Shown in pieces: positions 10,262-20,276 of a stretch of DNA of 39,913 bases. Each line of letters opens with the position of its first letter. Position 1 is the first letter of the stretch. Location of the stretch: assembly GCA_043718025.1 (NCBI GenBank), contig JAYSWN010000044.1:1-39913 (forward strand), in the 5' to 3' direction. Made by a program: the position numbers and the translations under genes. The notes below the pieces were generated by a model. The model was not told the DNA's origin. It saw nothing but the letters and a program-made list of their open reading frames with translations, and did no database searches. Origin of the DNA: Pseudomonadota bacterium. GTDB lineage: Bacteria > Bdellovibrionota > FAC87 > UBA2466.

Positions 10262-11689
10262 TTAATAACTTCTTGCAAAAACAACCCGCCCGCCCGAAGG
10301 CCCTTTGCAAACGATGCATTCGCCCTTTTCTTTGATCTGGTCGAAGGGGACGCAACGGATGGTGGCCTTGGTGTCTTCTTTTACTTTGAACTCGCAGGCA
10401 TCTTTACCGCACCAGTGCATGAGGTAGAAGCCACCCTCACTATCCAATCTCGATTTAAAGTTCTCATAGCCATCTTCTACGAAGGTATTGGCCTTTAAAA
10501 AGGCCGCGGCCTTACGGTAGAGATCGGCTTGGAAACTTTCTAAATCGGCAAGCGCCTCGCTAACTACGGCACTCAAATCAACGAGTCGTTTTTTTCCGTC
10601 GCGGCGCGCCAGTTGAACTTTACCTTCGGCCAAATCGCGAGGCCCCACTTCAACCCGAAGCGGAATACCCTGCACTTCACACTCGTTAAATTTAAACCCT
10701 GCGCTCACGTTGTCGCGATCGTCTACTTTACAAACCAGATGCTTAGAAAGTTCAGAATGAATCTTGTTACAAACTTCGATCACCGGAGCCGGGTCTTTTC
10801 CCTTCTGAAGAAAAGGAATAATCATTACCGGAATCGGCGCCGCCTTGGGAGGAATCACCAGCCCTTGGTCATCCGAGTGAGTCATGATGAGCGCACCAAT
10901 GATGCGGGTGGAGATCCCCCAACTGGTTTGATGAACATACTGCTGCTTGCCTTCGCGATTCTGAAATTTGATATCGAACGCTTTGGCAAATTTATCGGCA
11001 AAGTAATGCGAGGTTGCCCCTTGCAACGCTTTTTTGTCTTGCATCATCGCTTCCACGCAATAGGTCTGCGCCGCGCCCGCAAATTTTTCGCTGGGCGTTT
11101 TTTCACCGGCGATGACCGGAATCGCAAAAATATCACGTAAAAAAGATTGATAGACGTCGAGCATCTTCAAAGTCTCTTTGAGGGCTTCGGTATCGGTTTC
11201 GTGGCAGGTGTGCCCTTCTTGCCACAAAAACTCTACCGTGCGCAAAAAAGGGCGGGTTCGCATCTCCCAGCGCACCACGTTAGCCCATTGATTGATGAGA
11301 ACCGGTAAATCGCGGTAACTCTGAATCCATTTCGAGTACATCGCGTTGATGATCGTTTCCGACGTTGGCCGAACCACTAGCGGCTCTTCGAGCAGCTTTC
11401 CGCCACCGTGGGTGACCACCGCGCACTGGGGGGCAAAACCTTCGACGTGATCTTTCTCCTTCTGCAAAAAACTTTGCGGGATGAACATTGGAAAATAGGC
11501 GTTGCGGTGCCCAGTCTCTTTAAATTTCTTATCGAGATTCTGTTGTACCACTTCCCAAAGTGCGTAGCCGTTAGGGCGAATCACCATGCAGCCGCGTACG
11601 GGGCTGTTATCGGCCAGCTGGGCCTGTTGAATGATATCGAGATACCATTGTGAAAAGTCTTTTTCTCGCGGAGTAATACGATCTGCCAT
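10262..11689 (-). CDS. proS: Proline--tRNA ligase, archaeal/eukaryote-like type
   Basis: DFSQWY, EKDHVEGFAP, RPTSET, NQWANVVRWEMRTRPFLRT.EFLWQEGHT, SWGISTR, C-terminal Zn domain ending FARSY; no INS editing domain. Confidence 0.97.
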   Translation of the reverse strand: MADRITPREKDFSQWYLDIIQQAQLADNSPVRGCMVIRPNGYALWEVVQQNLDKKFKETGHRNAYFPMFIPQSFLQKEKDHVEGFAPQCAVVTHGGGKLLEEPLVVRPTSETIINAMYSKWIQSYRDLPVLINQWANVVRWEMRTRPFLRTVEFLWQEGHTCHETDTEALKETLKMLDVYQSFLRDIFAIPVIAGEKTPSEKFAGAAQTYCVEAMMQDKKALQGATSHYFADKFAKAFDIKFQNREGKQQYVHQTSWGISTRIIGALIMTHSDDQGLVIPPKAAPIPVMIIPFLQKGKDPAPVIEVCNKIHSELSKHLVCKVDDRDNVSAGFKFNECEVQGIPLRVEVGPRDLAEGKVQLARRDGKKRLVDLSAVVSEALADLESFQADLYRKAAAFLKANTFVEDGYENFKSRLDSEGGFYLMHWCGKDACEFKVKEDTKATIRCVPFDQIKEKGECIVCKGPSGGRVVFARSY

Positions 11690-11703
11690 TTTTTTTCCTA
11701 AAA

Positions 11704-12780
11704 CTACATGCGCTCAATTTCAGCCATCAGAAACTCAAGCATTTTATCTTCGGGAACCTTGCCGATGGGCTTTCCCTTTTTATAAATCAAACCTTCGCCC
11801 TTGCCCCCAGCAATGCCAATGTCGGCTTCCATCGACTCACCGGGCCCGTTCACCACGCACCCCATCACCGCGATCTTGATATTTTTCTTAAGACCAAGGG
11901 CCCGCCGCTCCACCTCTTCGGCAAGCTTATAAACGTCGATATCAGCCCGGCCACAACTTGGGCACGAGATGATTTCGGGAGAATCATTTTTTAACCCGAT
12001 CGACTTGAGAATGAAAACCCCTGTTTTTACCTCTTCGACCGGATCGGTACTGAGGGAAACCCGGATGGTGTCACCAATACCCGCCATCAGCAGACTGCCG
12101 ATGCCCACCGCTGATTTTACGGCGCCATAATTACGCGTGCCGGCTTCGGTCACTCCGAGATGCAAAGGCGCCTCGGTTTGGCGTGAAAGCAGGTCGTAGG
12201 CCCGATAGTTATTGAGCACGTCTGAAGATTTGATCGAAACCTTGAAATTAAAAAAGTTTTGCCCCTCAACCAGGGCAATGCTGGCCAACGCGCTTTCCAC
12301 TAGGGCTTCCGGTACCGGATGCCCATACTTTTTCAGCAGCGGTTTTTCTAGTGAACCCGCGTTTACTCCGATACGTAAAGCAATTCCGGCATCGCGTGCG
12401 GCCTTAACAATTTCGATAGTCTTCCAATCGGGACCAATATTTCCTGGGTTGATGCGCACGCACGCGACACCCGCTTTGATCGACTCAAGTGCCATTTTGT
12501 AATCGAAGTGAACGTCGGCAATCACCGGTATGTCTACCCGTTTTAAGATGGCCGGCATGGCATTAGCGGCGCCAATATCGTTAACGGTGATGCGAATGAT
12601 TTCGCAGCCGGCCATTACTAAATCGGCAACTTGCTTTACTACGGCTTCCACATCCTCAGTTTTGGGCGTGGTCATTGATTGAACGCGGATCGGATGGTTA
12701 GCGCCCAGCTTTATATTACCCACCGTAATTTCGCGAGTTTTCCGACGATTGATTCCTGATGTGCCTAATATAGATTCCAT
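11704..12780 (-). CDS. ispG: (E)-4-hydroxy-3-methylbut-2-enyl-diphosphate synthase
   Basis: PIRVQSMT, IADVHFDY, RINPGNIG, RIGVNAGSL, PLHLGVTEAG, GIGDTIRVSL, SCPSCGR, VMGCVVNGPGE. Confidence 0.98.
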   Translation of the reverse strand: MESILGTSGINRRKTREITVGNIKLGANHPIRVQSMTTPKTEDVEAVVKQVADLVMAGCEIIRITVNDIGAANAMPAILKRVDIPVIADVHFDYKMALESIKAGVACVRINPGNIGPDWKTIEIVKAARDAGIALRIGVNAGSLEKPLLKKYGHPVPEALVESALASIALVEGQNFFNFKVSIKSSDVLNNYRAYDLLSRQTEAPLHLGVTEAGTRNYGAVKSAVGIGSLLMAGIGDTIRVSLSTDPVEEVKTGVFILKSIGLKNDSPEIISCPSCGRADIDVYKLAEEVERRALGLKKNIKIAVMGCVVNGPGESMEADIGIAGGKGEGLIYKKGKPIGKVPEDKMLEFLMAEIERM

Positions 12781-12781
12781 A

Positions 12782-14152
12782 CTAATTGCCCCCCAAGTTT
12801 TGTACGTCGATACCGTACCCTTTTATCTTCTTGTGCAGATGGCTGCGTTCTAAGCCTAGGCTAAGCGCCGTTTTCGAAATATTTCCGCCATTTTCAGACA
12901 AAATTTGCACGATAAAGCGCTTTTCAAAGGCGGCGCGCGCCGACTTAAGCGACTTATCTTCGCTCAGCGTCGAGGCTTCAGAGCTTTCATAACCCTGACC
13001 GCCGGCCTCGAGTTCGCCATCGGGAGATTCTAGCCAGTCGCTCTGACTTAGCAAGCAGGCCCGTTCGCACCAGTTTTTTAACTCGCGTACGTTGCCTGGC
13101 CAGCCGTACCTCAACATCCATTCTCGAACTTCGGGAGAAATCTTTTTTGTCTTACCGAGCGAATAACGACGCACAAAATAGTCGACCAATTCGGGAATGT
13201 CTTCACGGCGGTCGCGGAGCGGCGGAACGGAGAGCGGAATCACATTTAGCCGGTAAAACAGGTCTTCTCTAAACCGCCCCTGAGCAATCTCTTTTTTGAG
13301 ATCTTTGTTGGTCGCGGCAATCACCCGTACGTCGATTTCAACCGTGGTCTCGCCACCCACCCGCTGGATGCGGCATTCTTGCAACGCCCGCAGAATTTTT
13401 GCCTGCATTTTACTGCTCATGTCGCCGACTTCATCTAAAAACAGGGTGCCCCGATGGGCCAATTCAAATTTGCCGATTCGTTTTTCATTGGCCCCGGTGA
13501 AAGAGCCACGCTCATGGCCGAACAGCTCACTTTCTACCAGCTCTTCAGGAATGGCCGCGCAGTTTACCGCAATAAATGGGCCGTTGGCGCGGGGGCTTCC
13601 TCGATGAAGCGAGCGGGCCACCAATTCTTTGCCCGTTCCATTTTCACCGTTGGCAAGCACCCAACCGTTGGAAGGGGCCACCACCGAAATTAATTTCTTA
13701 AGCTGGAGAATAGGCTGGCTTTGGCCCAAAATCTCTTCGTCGCCACCCAGTTCTGTTTTCAAATACTGATTTTCTGCTTTCAGTCGCTTCAGCTCAAAGG
13801 CGTGTTCCATAAGGAGCAACAACTTGTCGAACTGCAGTGGCTTTTCTAGAAAATCGAACGCCCCCAGCTTAATGGTACGAACGGCGGTCTCCACCGTACC
13901 GTGTCCGCTCATCATGATTACGATCGCGTTTGGTTCTTTGGTTTTGATCTTATCCAGCACCCAAATGCCATCTTCACCCGGCATCCAAATATCCAAAAGC
14001 GTGATGTCGGGCCTAAACGAGTGAAAACGCAATAGCGCGGCTTCGGCGTCCTTTGCCGTTTCTACCTCGTACCCCTCATCCTCTAGCACCCCCTTTAGGG
14101 AAGCCAGGATGTTGGACTCATCATCGACTACTAAGACTCGTCGTAAAACCAT
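12782..14152 (-). CDS. Sigma-54-dependent response regulator, NtrX/NtrC family
   Basis: Receiver domain (VVDDE, LDIWMP, MSGHG, FLEKP), AAA+ domain (GENGTGKELVA, ESELFGHERGSFTGA, LFLDEV, FREDLFYRLNV, WPGNVREL), Fis-type HTH. Confidence 0.93.
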   Translation of the reverse strand: MVLRRVLVVDDESNILASLKGVLEDEGYEVETAKDAEAALLRFHSFRPDITLLDIWMPGEDGIWVLDKIKTKEPNAIVIMMSGHGTVETAVRTIKLGAFDFLEKPLQFDKLLLLMEHAFELKRLKAENQYLKTELGGDEEILGQSQPILQLKKLISVVAPSNGWVLANGENGTGKELVARSLHRGSPRANGPFIAVNCAAIPEELVESELFGHERGSFTGANEKRIGKFELAHRGTLFLDEVGDMSSKMQAKILRALQECRIQRVGGETTVEIDVRVIAATNKDLKKEIAQGRFREDLFYRLNVIPLSVPPLRDRREDIPELVDYFVRRYSLGKTKKISPEVREWMLRYGWPGNVRELKNWCERACLLSQSDWLESPDGELEAGGQGYESSEASTLSEDKSLKSARAAFEKRFIVQILSENGGNISKTALSLGLERSHLHKKIKGYGIDVQNLGGN

Positions 14153-14173
14153 ACTCTTCCAAAGATCCTTACC

Positions 14174-16444
14174 TTAAATAAACGTTTCTGGCTCAGGCGC
14201 CGCGGCCGTTGTTTTAGCCAAGGGTCGCAAACCCAATCCTACTTTTTCTGAAAAAACTCTGAGCCGTTCGGGTAACTCGATCACGAACTTGGTACCTTGA
14301 GGTTCATTAGCGTGAGCTCTTACAAAGCCGCCATGATCGGCAATAATTCTTTGCACGATGGCGAGGCCCAAGCCGGTACCACCGGCTTTCATCGAAAAAT
14401 AGGGCTCAAAAAGCTGGGCGTAAGCGCTTTCGGGAATGCCGCAACCTTGGTCTGCCACCTCTACTCGGATGAAGCCAGCCGTGCGATCAAAAAATGTTTT
14501 AACATGAAGCTCGCCTTTTCCAGACATTGCAGACACGGCATTATCGAAAAGATTAATCAGCGCCCGCTTCATTCCTGAGCGATCTAACTGTAGCCGACCA
14601 ATGGAATCGTCCAATTCGATTTGAAATAAGATACGTTCGTGGGCCGCTCGGTAAAGAACAATTGCCTCGGTCACAATCTCATTTAGCTCTTCGGGTTCGG
14701 TTTGGATTTCGGGCAGACGGGCGAAATTGGAAAATTCACTAACCAAATTTTTTAGCGAGTCCACTTCGGTCAAAATAATTCCGGTGGCTTGATTAAAGGT
14801 GCCATCGTCTTGAATCTTATCTAGGTAACGGCGGCGTAGCCGCTCCACCGAAAGTTGAATCGGGGTAAGCGGGTTTTTGATCTCGTGAGCGATGCGTTTG
14901 GCCACTTCGCGCCAAGCAAACATGCGCTCCATTTTTTGAATGTCGGTAACGTCATCGAGTACCGCGACCACGCCCAGCCTTTTCTTACGCTCATCGCGCA
15001 GCACGCTTAGGGTAACTAACAAGGCCAGCCGCTCATTGCGCGGGTGTTGAATGCGAATTTCGCGGCGCACCGGTTTTGCGGTGTCATAAAGCGAAGCCAT
15101 CAGTTCGCGAAACTCGGTCCGGTGTTCCTTGGGAATTACCGTAAGGTAAGATTTTCCTACCAATTCCCCGGTGGTGGTACGCAAGAGCCGGGCGGCGGCG
15201 GCATTCACCATAGAAATGCGCCCAGAATCATCGAGGGAGATCACACCGCTTTGTACGCTTTCGAGCAAAACTTCGATGTAACGGCGACGGTGACTTAGCT
15301 CTTCGTTCATCTGGCGGAGGTCTTGGGTGGTCGCCTCAATATCTCTTTTATGCCGAGATAAGTCGGCGGTCATGTCGTTAAACGAATGCATGAGCTTTGA
15401 GAGTTCGGCGCCGCCGGCGGGGGTAATGCGATACTCTAAATTGCCGGAGGCAACGGCTTCGGTGCCGCGCACCAGATCTTCGAGCGGTCCAGTGAGCCGC
15501 TTGGCCACGTAAAAGCCGGTCCATAGAGCGCAAAATAGGATAAGCAACGTGACCATCGAAAGGATCGCGAAATAGGTGGACTTGATTGGATAATTTAATG
15601 GGTTCGACGATTGAAAGTCTTTGTACGAAAGATGAATCGTGCTCAAGTTTGAGGCGAGTGAAAGCGGAATAAAATGGTCAACAAAGATAACCCCGCCACG
15701 CGCCGACAACCTGACTCCGCAACGCACCAACTCACCGTTGCCTACATGCTGAACCCGACATTGATCTTTTCCTGAAAAAACGGCATGCAAAGACTCAAGC
15801 GAAGCGGGTGGTACCCGATCTCGCTTTTCCATTTGAATGGCAAGTGTGCGCGGCGAAAACGGGTCAGAGTAGTACTCGACCCCATCCAAACCAAAATCAG
15901 CACGGTATTTCTCGAGCTTTTCTTGCAAATTTTTTGACGGCGGGGTGGCTCCGAGATCAGCCGCAATCTTGGTGGCAAAGTGAGTGGCGCTACTCTTTGA
16001 GCTTTCGTAATAGGTTTGTACCACTTCGATACTGCGCTCTAACGTGCTGCTAATCTTTATGCTGAACCACTTATCAAAGCTGCTCTTGATGTAGAGCGCC
16101 GAGATGGTGAAGAGCAAAATGGTGGGAACGATAGAGAACAATAGAAAAGAAAATACCAACCGGGTACGTAAGCGCGAACCAAATAACCCGGCCCGCTCAT
16201 CCAAAATTAATTTTACGCCGTTTCGAAAGACCAGAAACAGCAACACCATGATGAGCACGATGTTCAGATTCATTAGGCCAAAAAAGAAGATGCTGTTTAC
16301 AAAGGGTAGGGCCGTACTTACCCGCAATAAATAAACTTCGATCGCGGTAAGAATAGCCAGCAACGTGACCACCACCCCAACCATGATGCGATCGCGGCGG
16401 CGGCGAACTTGCTCGTTAATATCTAATGCGGGTGACAAAGGCAT
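14174..16444 (-). CDS. NtrY-like sensor histidine kinase (TM, HAMP, PAS, HisKA, HATPase)
   Basis: GSRLRTRLV, AWREVAKRIAHEIKNPLTPIQLS.ERL, NLFDNA, DQGCGI, FEPYFS.K.GGTGLGL. Start moved to ATG 16444 (MPLSPALD); the longer ORF-track start runs into a non-coding hairpin. Confidence 0.9.
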   Translation of the reverse strand: MPLSPALDINEQVRRRRDRIMVGVVVTLLAILTAIEVYLLRVSTALPFVNSIFFFGLMNLNIVLIMVLLFLVFRNGVKLILDERAGLFGSRLRTRLVFSFLLFSIVPTILLFTISALYIKSSFDKWFSIKISSTLERSIEVVQTYYESSKSSATHFATKIAADLGATPPSKNLQEKLEKYRADFGLDGVEYYSDPFSPRTLAIQMEKRDRVPPASLESLHAVFSGKDQCRVQHVGNGELVRCGVRLSARGGVIFVDHFIPLSLASNLSTIHLSYKDFQSSNPLNYPIKSTYFAILSMVTLLILFCALWTGFYVAKRLTGPLEDLVRGTEAVASGNLEYRITPAGGAELSKLMHSFNDMTADLSRHKRDIEATTQDLRQMNEELSHRRRYIEVLLESVQSGVISLDDSGRISMVNAAAARLLRTTTGELVGKSYLTVIPKEHRTEFRELMASLYDTAKPVRREIRIQHPRNERLALLVTLSVLRDERKKRLGVVAVLDDVTDIQKMERMFAWREVAKRIAHEIKNPLTPIQLSVERLRRRYLDKIQDDGTFNQATGIILTEVDSLKNLVSEFSNFARLPEIQTEPEELNEIVTEAIVLYRAAHERILFQIELDDSIGRLQLDRSGMKRALINLFDNAVSAMSGKGELHVKTFFDRTAGFIRVEVADQGCGIPESAYAQLFEPYFSMKAGGTGLGLAIVQRIIADHGGFVRAHANEPQGTKFVIELPERLRVFSEKVGLGLRPLAKTTAAAPEPETFI

Positions 16445-16489
16445 GAAGGGCGGATTCTTCCACACACGAGGTGAGTAGTAAATGACACA

Positions 16490-16675
16490 CATAAGACCGG
16501 ACGAGCCAAAACACAAGTTAAGCTCACGGACATTATCGAGGAGGCGAAGAGGCATATTGTCGCCATTACTTCGCCATAACGACGCACCTTGAATAACCAG
16601 TTCCCCGTTCCCCCTCTTCGCCTCCTCGAGGCCATCCGTGCACTAAACTATTGTTTTGGCTCGTCCGGGGTTATG
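16490..16675. repeat. 186-nt imperfect inverted repeat or long hairpin (candidate structured RNA or non-autonomous element)
   Basis: Perfect 17-bp arms 16497-16513/16652-16668 and 16536-16552/16613-16629, plus a 6-bp helix (16525-30/16635-40) and a 5-bp helix (16490-94/16671-75), all in one register; 60-nt apical region. Confidence 0.85.
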
Positions 16676-16723
16676 GCCTAGGCCTATGAAAACCCACTAA
16701 TTTCCGCTAAATACTCAGTCCCT

Positions 16724-17857
16724 ATGCATCTTCCCATCTACGCCGATTTTAACGGCACCACGCCAACCTGCCCCGCGGCCCAGGCGTGGATGTCTAAAGC
16801 TATAGAATGCTGGGGAAATCCGTCATCAATCCATAAACTGGGGCAAGCCTCGCGCGGCCTTTTAGACGAAGCCCGGGGCGAAGTTGCCCGAGCTTGCGAA
16901 CGCAAACCGGGCGACGTTGTTTTCACCTCGGGCGGCAGCGAAGCCAATACCCTGGCCCTTCTCGGGAGTGTTTTGGGTAACACCGGCTATCGCGTGCTGA
17001 GCACTCCGGTTGAGCATTCGAGCGTGAGAGACACCTGCGCCCTGATTTCCCGCCTAGGGGCGACGGTAGAAATGGTCAAAATTGACCCCTCCGGGCAGCT
17101 AAATTGGCCTGATTTTCTAGCCAAATTGGATAGTTTTAAGCCCCAATTGGTTTCGATAATGACGGCCAACAACGAAACCGGCGTGGTCTTTCCCCTGCCC
17201 GAAATAGTGGCGGAGTGCCGTTCGCGCAAAATCTTGGTTCACACCGACGCCGTTCAAGGATTTGGAAAACTACCGGCCGCGTTCTGGAATCAGGCCGACT
17301 TTGTTTCGATCTCAGCCCACAAAATCTTAGGACCCAAAGGTGCCGGTGCCCTGCTCATTCACGAAGGGCTTAAGCTTGAAAACACTCACTTCGGCGGTGG
17401 TCAGGAAACCAAACGCCGAGGTGGTACCGAAAATATCGTTGGCATCAGCGGTTTTGCCGGCGCCTGCACCGCTTTGAAGCCCGAAGCTGAATCGGTAGCC
17501 GGCCTACGCGATTTATTTGAAGCCAAACTTCACCACTCGCTTAGTGACCTCGTCGTGATGGGGGCCGCCACTAAAAGGCTGCCTAATACTTCACAGATTC
17601 AATTTTCAGGGGTTTCCTCCGAGGTGCTCTTGAGCGCTTTAGATTTAGATGGGCTATACGTATCAGCAGGTTCGGCCTGCTCGTCCGGTTCACTCAAACC
17701 AAGTCCGGTATTACTGGCGATGGGCTTAAGCGAATCTGCGGCGAGAGAATGCCTGCGTTTTAGCTGGGGCCCCTTAACCACCGAAGCCGAAGTGGTGACT
17801 GCCGCCAACCTTGTCGCTGGCCATGTCACCCGAATCCGTGAGAGGAAGTCTCGATGA
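16724..17857 (+). CDS. iscS: Cysteine desulfurase (IscS/NifS family)
   Basis: GNPSSIH, FTSGGSEAN, ANNETG, HTDAVQ, PLP Lys in SAHKI.GPKG, SAGSACSSG; directly upstream of mnmA. Confidence 0.92.
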   Translation: MHLPIYADFNGTTPTCPAAQAWMSKAIECWGNPSSIHKLGQASRGLLDEARGEVARACERKPGDVVFTSGGSEANTLALLGSVLGNTGYRVLSTPVEHSSVRDTCALISRLGATVEMVKIDPSGQLNWPDFLAKLDSFKPQLVSIMTANNETGVVFPLPEIVAECRSRKILVHTDAVQGFGKLPAAFWNQADFVSISAHKILGPKGAGALLIHEGLKLENTHFGGGQETKRRGGTENIVGISGFAGACTALKPEAESVAGLRDLFEAKLHHSLSDLVVMGAATKRLPNTSQIQFSGVSSEVLLSALDLDGLYVSAGSACSSGSLKPSPVLLAMGLSESAARECLRFSWGPLTTEAEVVTAANLVAGHVTRIRERKSR

Positions 17858-18939
17858 GTCGCATTGTAGTTGCCATGAGTGGCGGCGTTGATAGTTCCGT
17901 AGCCGCTGGCCTGTTGAAAGAGCAAGGCCACGAAGTGATTGGCATCAGCCTTCAGCTGCACGACTTTGCCAAAAAAGAGTCGAATAAGTTTGGCACCTGC
18001 TGCTCAATTGAAGACTTAAATGATGCGCGTACCGTAGCCCGCAAATTGGATATTCCGTTTTACCTGTCGAACATGGAGGCGGAATTTAAAAAAGGTGTCA
18101 TCGATAATTTTATCGAAGAGTACACCAAGGGGCGCACGCCTAACCCGTGCGTGCGCTGTAATGAGAAAGTAAAATTTCATACCCTCATGGACTGGGCCAT
18201 GGATTTAGGTGCCGATTACTTAGCCACCGGCCATTACGCGCAGATCACCAACGGCGGCGCCGAATACTCATTAAAAAAAGGCGCCGACTTCGAAAAAGAT
18301 CAGAGCTACTTTTTGTTCACGATCAAAGCCAAAGATTTGGCCCGCACCATTTTTCCGGTGGGCGGCATGAACAAACCAGAAGTGCGGGCGATGGCCGAGC
18401 GCTTAGGATTGGCTACGGCGGCTAAGCCAGATAGCCAGGATGTCTGTTTCGTTCAGTCAAAAAGCTACTCGGATTTTGTTGAAAGCGAAGCCCCTCGCGA
18501 ATTGATTAAACCCGGGCTTGTGGTCGACATGAATGGCAAAGAGCTGGGTCAACATGCGGGCATGCACCGCTTCACCGTGGGCCAGCGCAAAGGCTTGGGC
18601 GTAAACTCTCTAGAAGCTTTATTCGTGGTAAAGCTCGACCCAGAAACCAACAACGTGGTGGTGGGACCCGAAACGGCTCTGTTCCATCACGATTGTGTGG
18701 CCGAAGGGTTTAACTGGCTAACCGATCCGGACTCAATCAAAAGCAAAGAGGTCTTAGGCAAGATCCGGTACCGATCTAAAGAGACGCCGGTGCAACTTCA
18801 CCCCATGGCGAATGGGCAGTGGAAGGTGCATTTCGACATGGCTCAGCGGGCGATTACGCCTGGCCAAGCCTTGGTTTTATATGAAGGCGATAGGGTTATC
18901 GGCGGCGGGTGGATTCACTCGAGCGGTGCCCAGGCTTGA
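17854..18939 (+). CDS. mnmA: tRNA-specific 2-thiouridylase
   Basis: AMSGGVDSS, GRTPNPCVRCN..VKF, ATGHY, KDQSYFL, KPDSQDVCF, FTVGQRKGLG, RAITPGQ. Confidence 0.98.
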   Translation: MSRIVVAMSGGVDSSVAAGLLKEQGHEVIGISLQLHDFAKKESNKFGTCCSIEDLNDARTVARKLDIPFYLSNMEAEFKKGVIDNFIEEYTKGRTPNPCVRCNEKVKFHTLMDWAMDLGADYLATGHYAQITNGGAEYSLKKGADFEKDQSYFLFTIKAKDLARTIFPVGGMNKPEVRAMAERLGLATAAKPDSQDVCFVQSKSYSDFVESEAPRELIKPGLVVDMNGKELGQHAGMHRFTVGQRKGLGVNSLEALFVVKLDPETNNVVVGPETALFHHDCVAEGFNWLTDPDSIKSKEVLGKIRYRSKETPVQLHPMANGQWKVHFDMAQRAITPGQALVLYEGDRVIGGGWIHSSGAQA

Positions 18940-20219
18940 AAACCATCGCCTTTAAAACTTTTGGCTGCAAAGCCAACGCGGTTGATACGGACTCTTTGTA
19001 TCAGGACGCGGTGAAACGCGGATTTAAAGTGGTGACGGCCGATGAAGCGGCCGACGCTTACGTTATCAATAGCTGCACCGTCACCCATCACGCCGATCGT
19101 GATGCCCGTGCCGAAGTGATGCGTTACCGCCGAAAAAACCCGGAAGCACTGATTAGTGTCGTAGGCTGCTACGCCCAAGTGGCCAAGCAAGACTTGCTGC
19201 AAATGACGCAAGTAGATTTTGTGCTGGGTACCGCCGAAAAATCGCGCGTGCTCGATCTCTTTACTGAGAAGTGGCAGGGCAAAGAGGTGGCGCGCGATCA
19301 AGTGGAGAAGCCGCTGGGCTATCTGCCCATAAAATTTCCGGGCTCGCGAAACGCGCGGGCACCGATCAAGATTCAAGACGGTTGTAATTTTAACTGCAGT
19401 TTCTGCATTATTCCCCAGGCGCGTGGCCGAAGTCGCAGTTTGCCCCTGGGCGAGGTATTGGCGCAGATCGACGACGCCTACGCCACCGGATTTAATGAGG
19501 TGGTGCTTACCGGCATTCATATCGCCCACTACGGGTGGGATCGCGGCACCGACCTGATGGCATTGTTAAAGGCCATTTTCGCCAAACCCGAAGGGCCGCG
19601 CATTCGGGTGAGCACGCTCGACCCTTTTGAAATACCTGACGAACTGATTGAACTCTTGGCCTCTAGCCCTCGCCTCTGCCCTCACCTGCATATTGCCATT
19701 CAAAGCGGTAGCGACAAAGTGCTGGCGGGAATGCGGCGCATTTATAAGGCACGTGAGTTTGAAGAGGTTTGCGCCAAAATTCAGGCGCGCGCCCCGCACA
19801 CTTTTATCGGGGTGGACGTTATTGTGGGTTTTCCCGGAGAAGATGAAACCGAGTTTGAGAACACCGTAAAGCTTTTGCAGCGTAGCTTTTGGACGCGCTT
19901 GCATGTGTTTTCTTACTCCGAGCGCCAAGGCACCAAAGCGGTAGAACTTGCCGCCAAAGTCTCGCCGCAAGAGATTGCCCGGCGTTCCGAACGGCTACGC
20001 CGTTTAAGCGATGAGCGGCACAGCGCTTTTTTACAAGCGCAAGTGGGCCATGAATTTAAAGTGCTGCTTGAAAAACCATCGACAAAAATGCCGGGATTTT
20101 GGACCGGACACACCGAAAATTATGTACCAACTTTAATGAAGCTTTCTGACGGGGAGACGCGGAGGCTAGTGATAGGCCGTGGTTTGTCGGTGGAAGGCGA
20201 ACGCCTGATCTGCCAATAG
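18936..20219 (+). CDS. mtaB: tRNA t6A37 methylthiotransferase
   Basis: TFGCKAN, INSCTVT..AD, VGCYAQ, KIQDGCNFNCSFCIIP.ARG.SRS, EVVLTGIH, HVFSYSER.GT.A. Likely start is TTG 18936, overlapping the mnmA stop. Confidence 0.93.
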   Translation: MKTIAFKTFGCKANAVDTDSLYQDAVKRGFKVVTADEAADAYVINSCTVTHHADRDARAEVMRYRRKNPEALISVVGCYAQVAKQDLLQMTQVDFVLGTAEKSRVLDLFTEKWQGKEVARDQVEKPLGYLPIKFPGSRNARAPIKIQDGCNFNCSFCIIPQARGRSRSLPLGEVLAQIDDAYATGFNEVVLTGIHIAHYGWDRGTDLMALLKAIFAKPEGPRIRVSTLDPFEIPDELIELLASSPRLCPHLHIAIQSGSDKVLAGMRRIYKAREFEEVCAKIQARAPHTFIGVDVIVGFPGEDETEFENTVKLLQRSFWTRLHVFSYSERQGTKAVELAAKVSPQEIARRSERLRRLSDERHSAFLQAQVGHEFKVLLEKPSTKMPGFWTGHTENYVPTLMKLSDGETRRLVIGRGLSVEGERLICQ

Positions 20220-20230
20220 CCCAATTCGTC

Positions 20231-20262
20231 ATTGCGAGGCGGCGTCCAAACCGCCTCGCAAT
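20231..20262. terminator. Hairpin between convergent mtaB and yceI-like gene
   Basis: ATTGCGAGGCGG-cgtccaaa-CCGCCTCGCAAT, 12-bp perfect stem. Confidence 0.75.
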
Positions 20263-20276
20263 AACCAAAAAAATGC

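Noticed and set aside
16445..16555. N-terminal extension of the histidine kinase, and ORF 16423..16635
   Set aside because: Both run into the long hairpin and do not look protein-like.
16724..20219. iscS-mnmA-mtaB as a novel sulfur system
   Set aside because: Ordinary tRNA thiolation/methylthiolation cluster. MtaB is a tRNA-modifying radical SAM enzyme unrelated to the RiPP locus.
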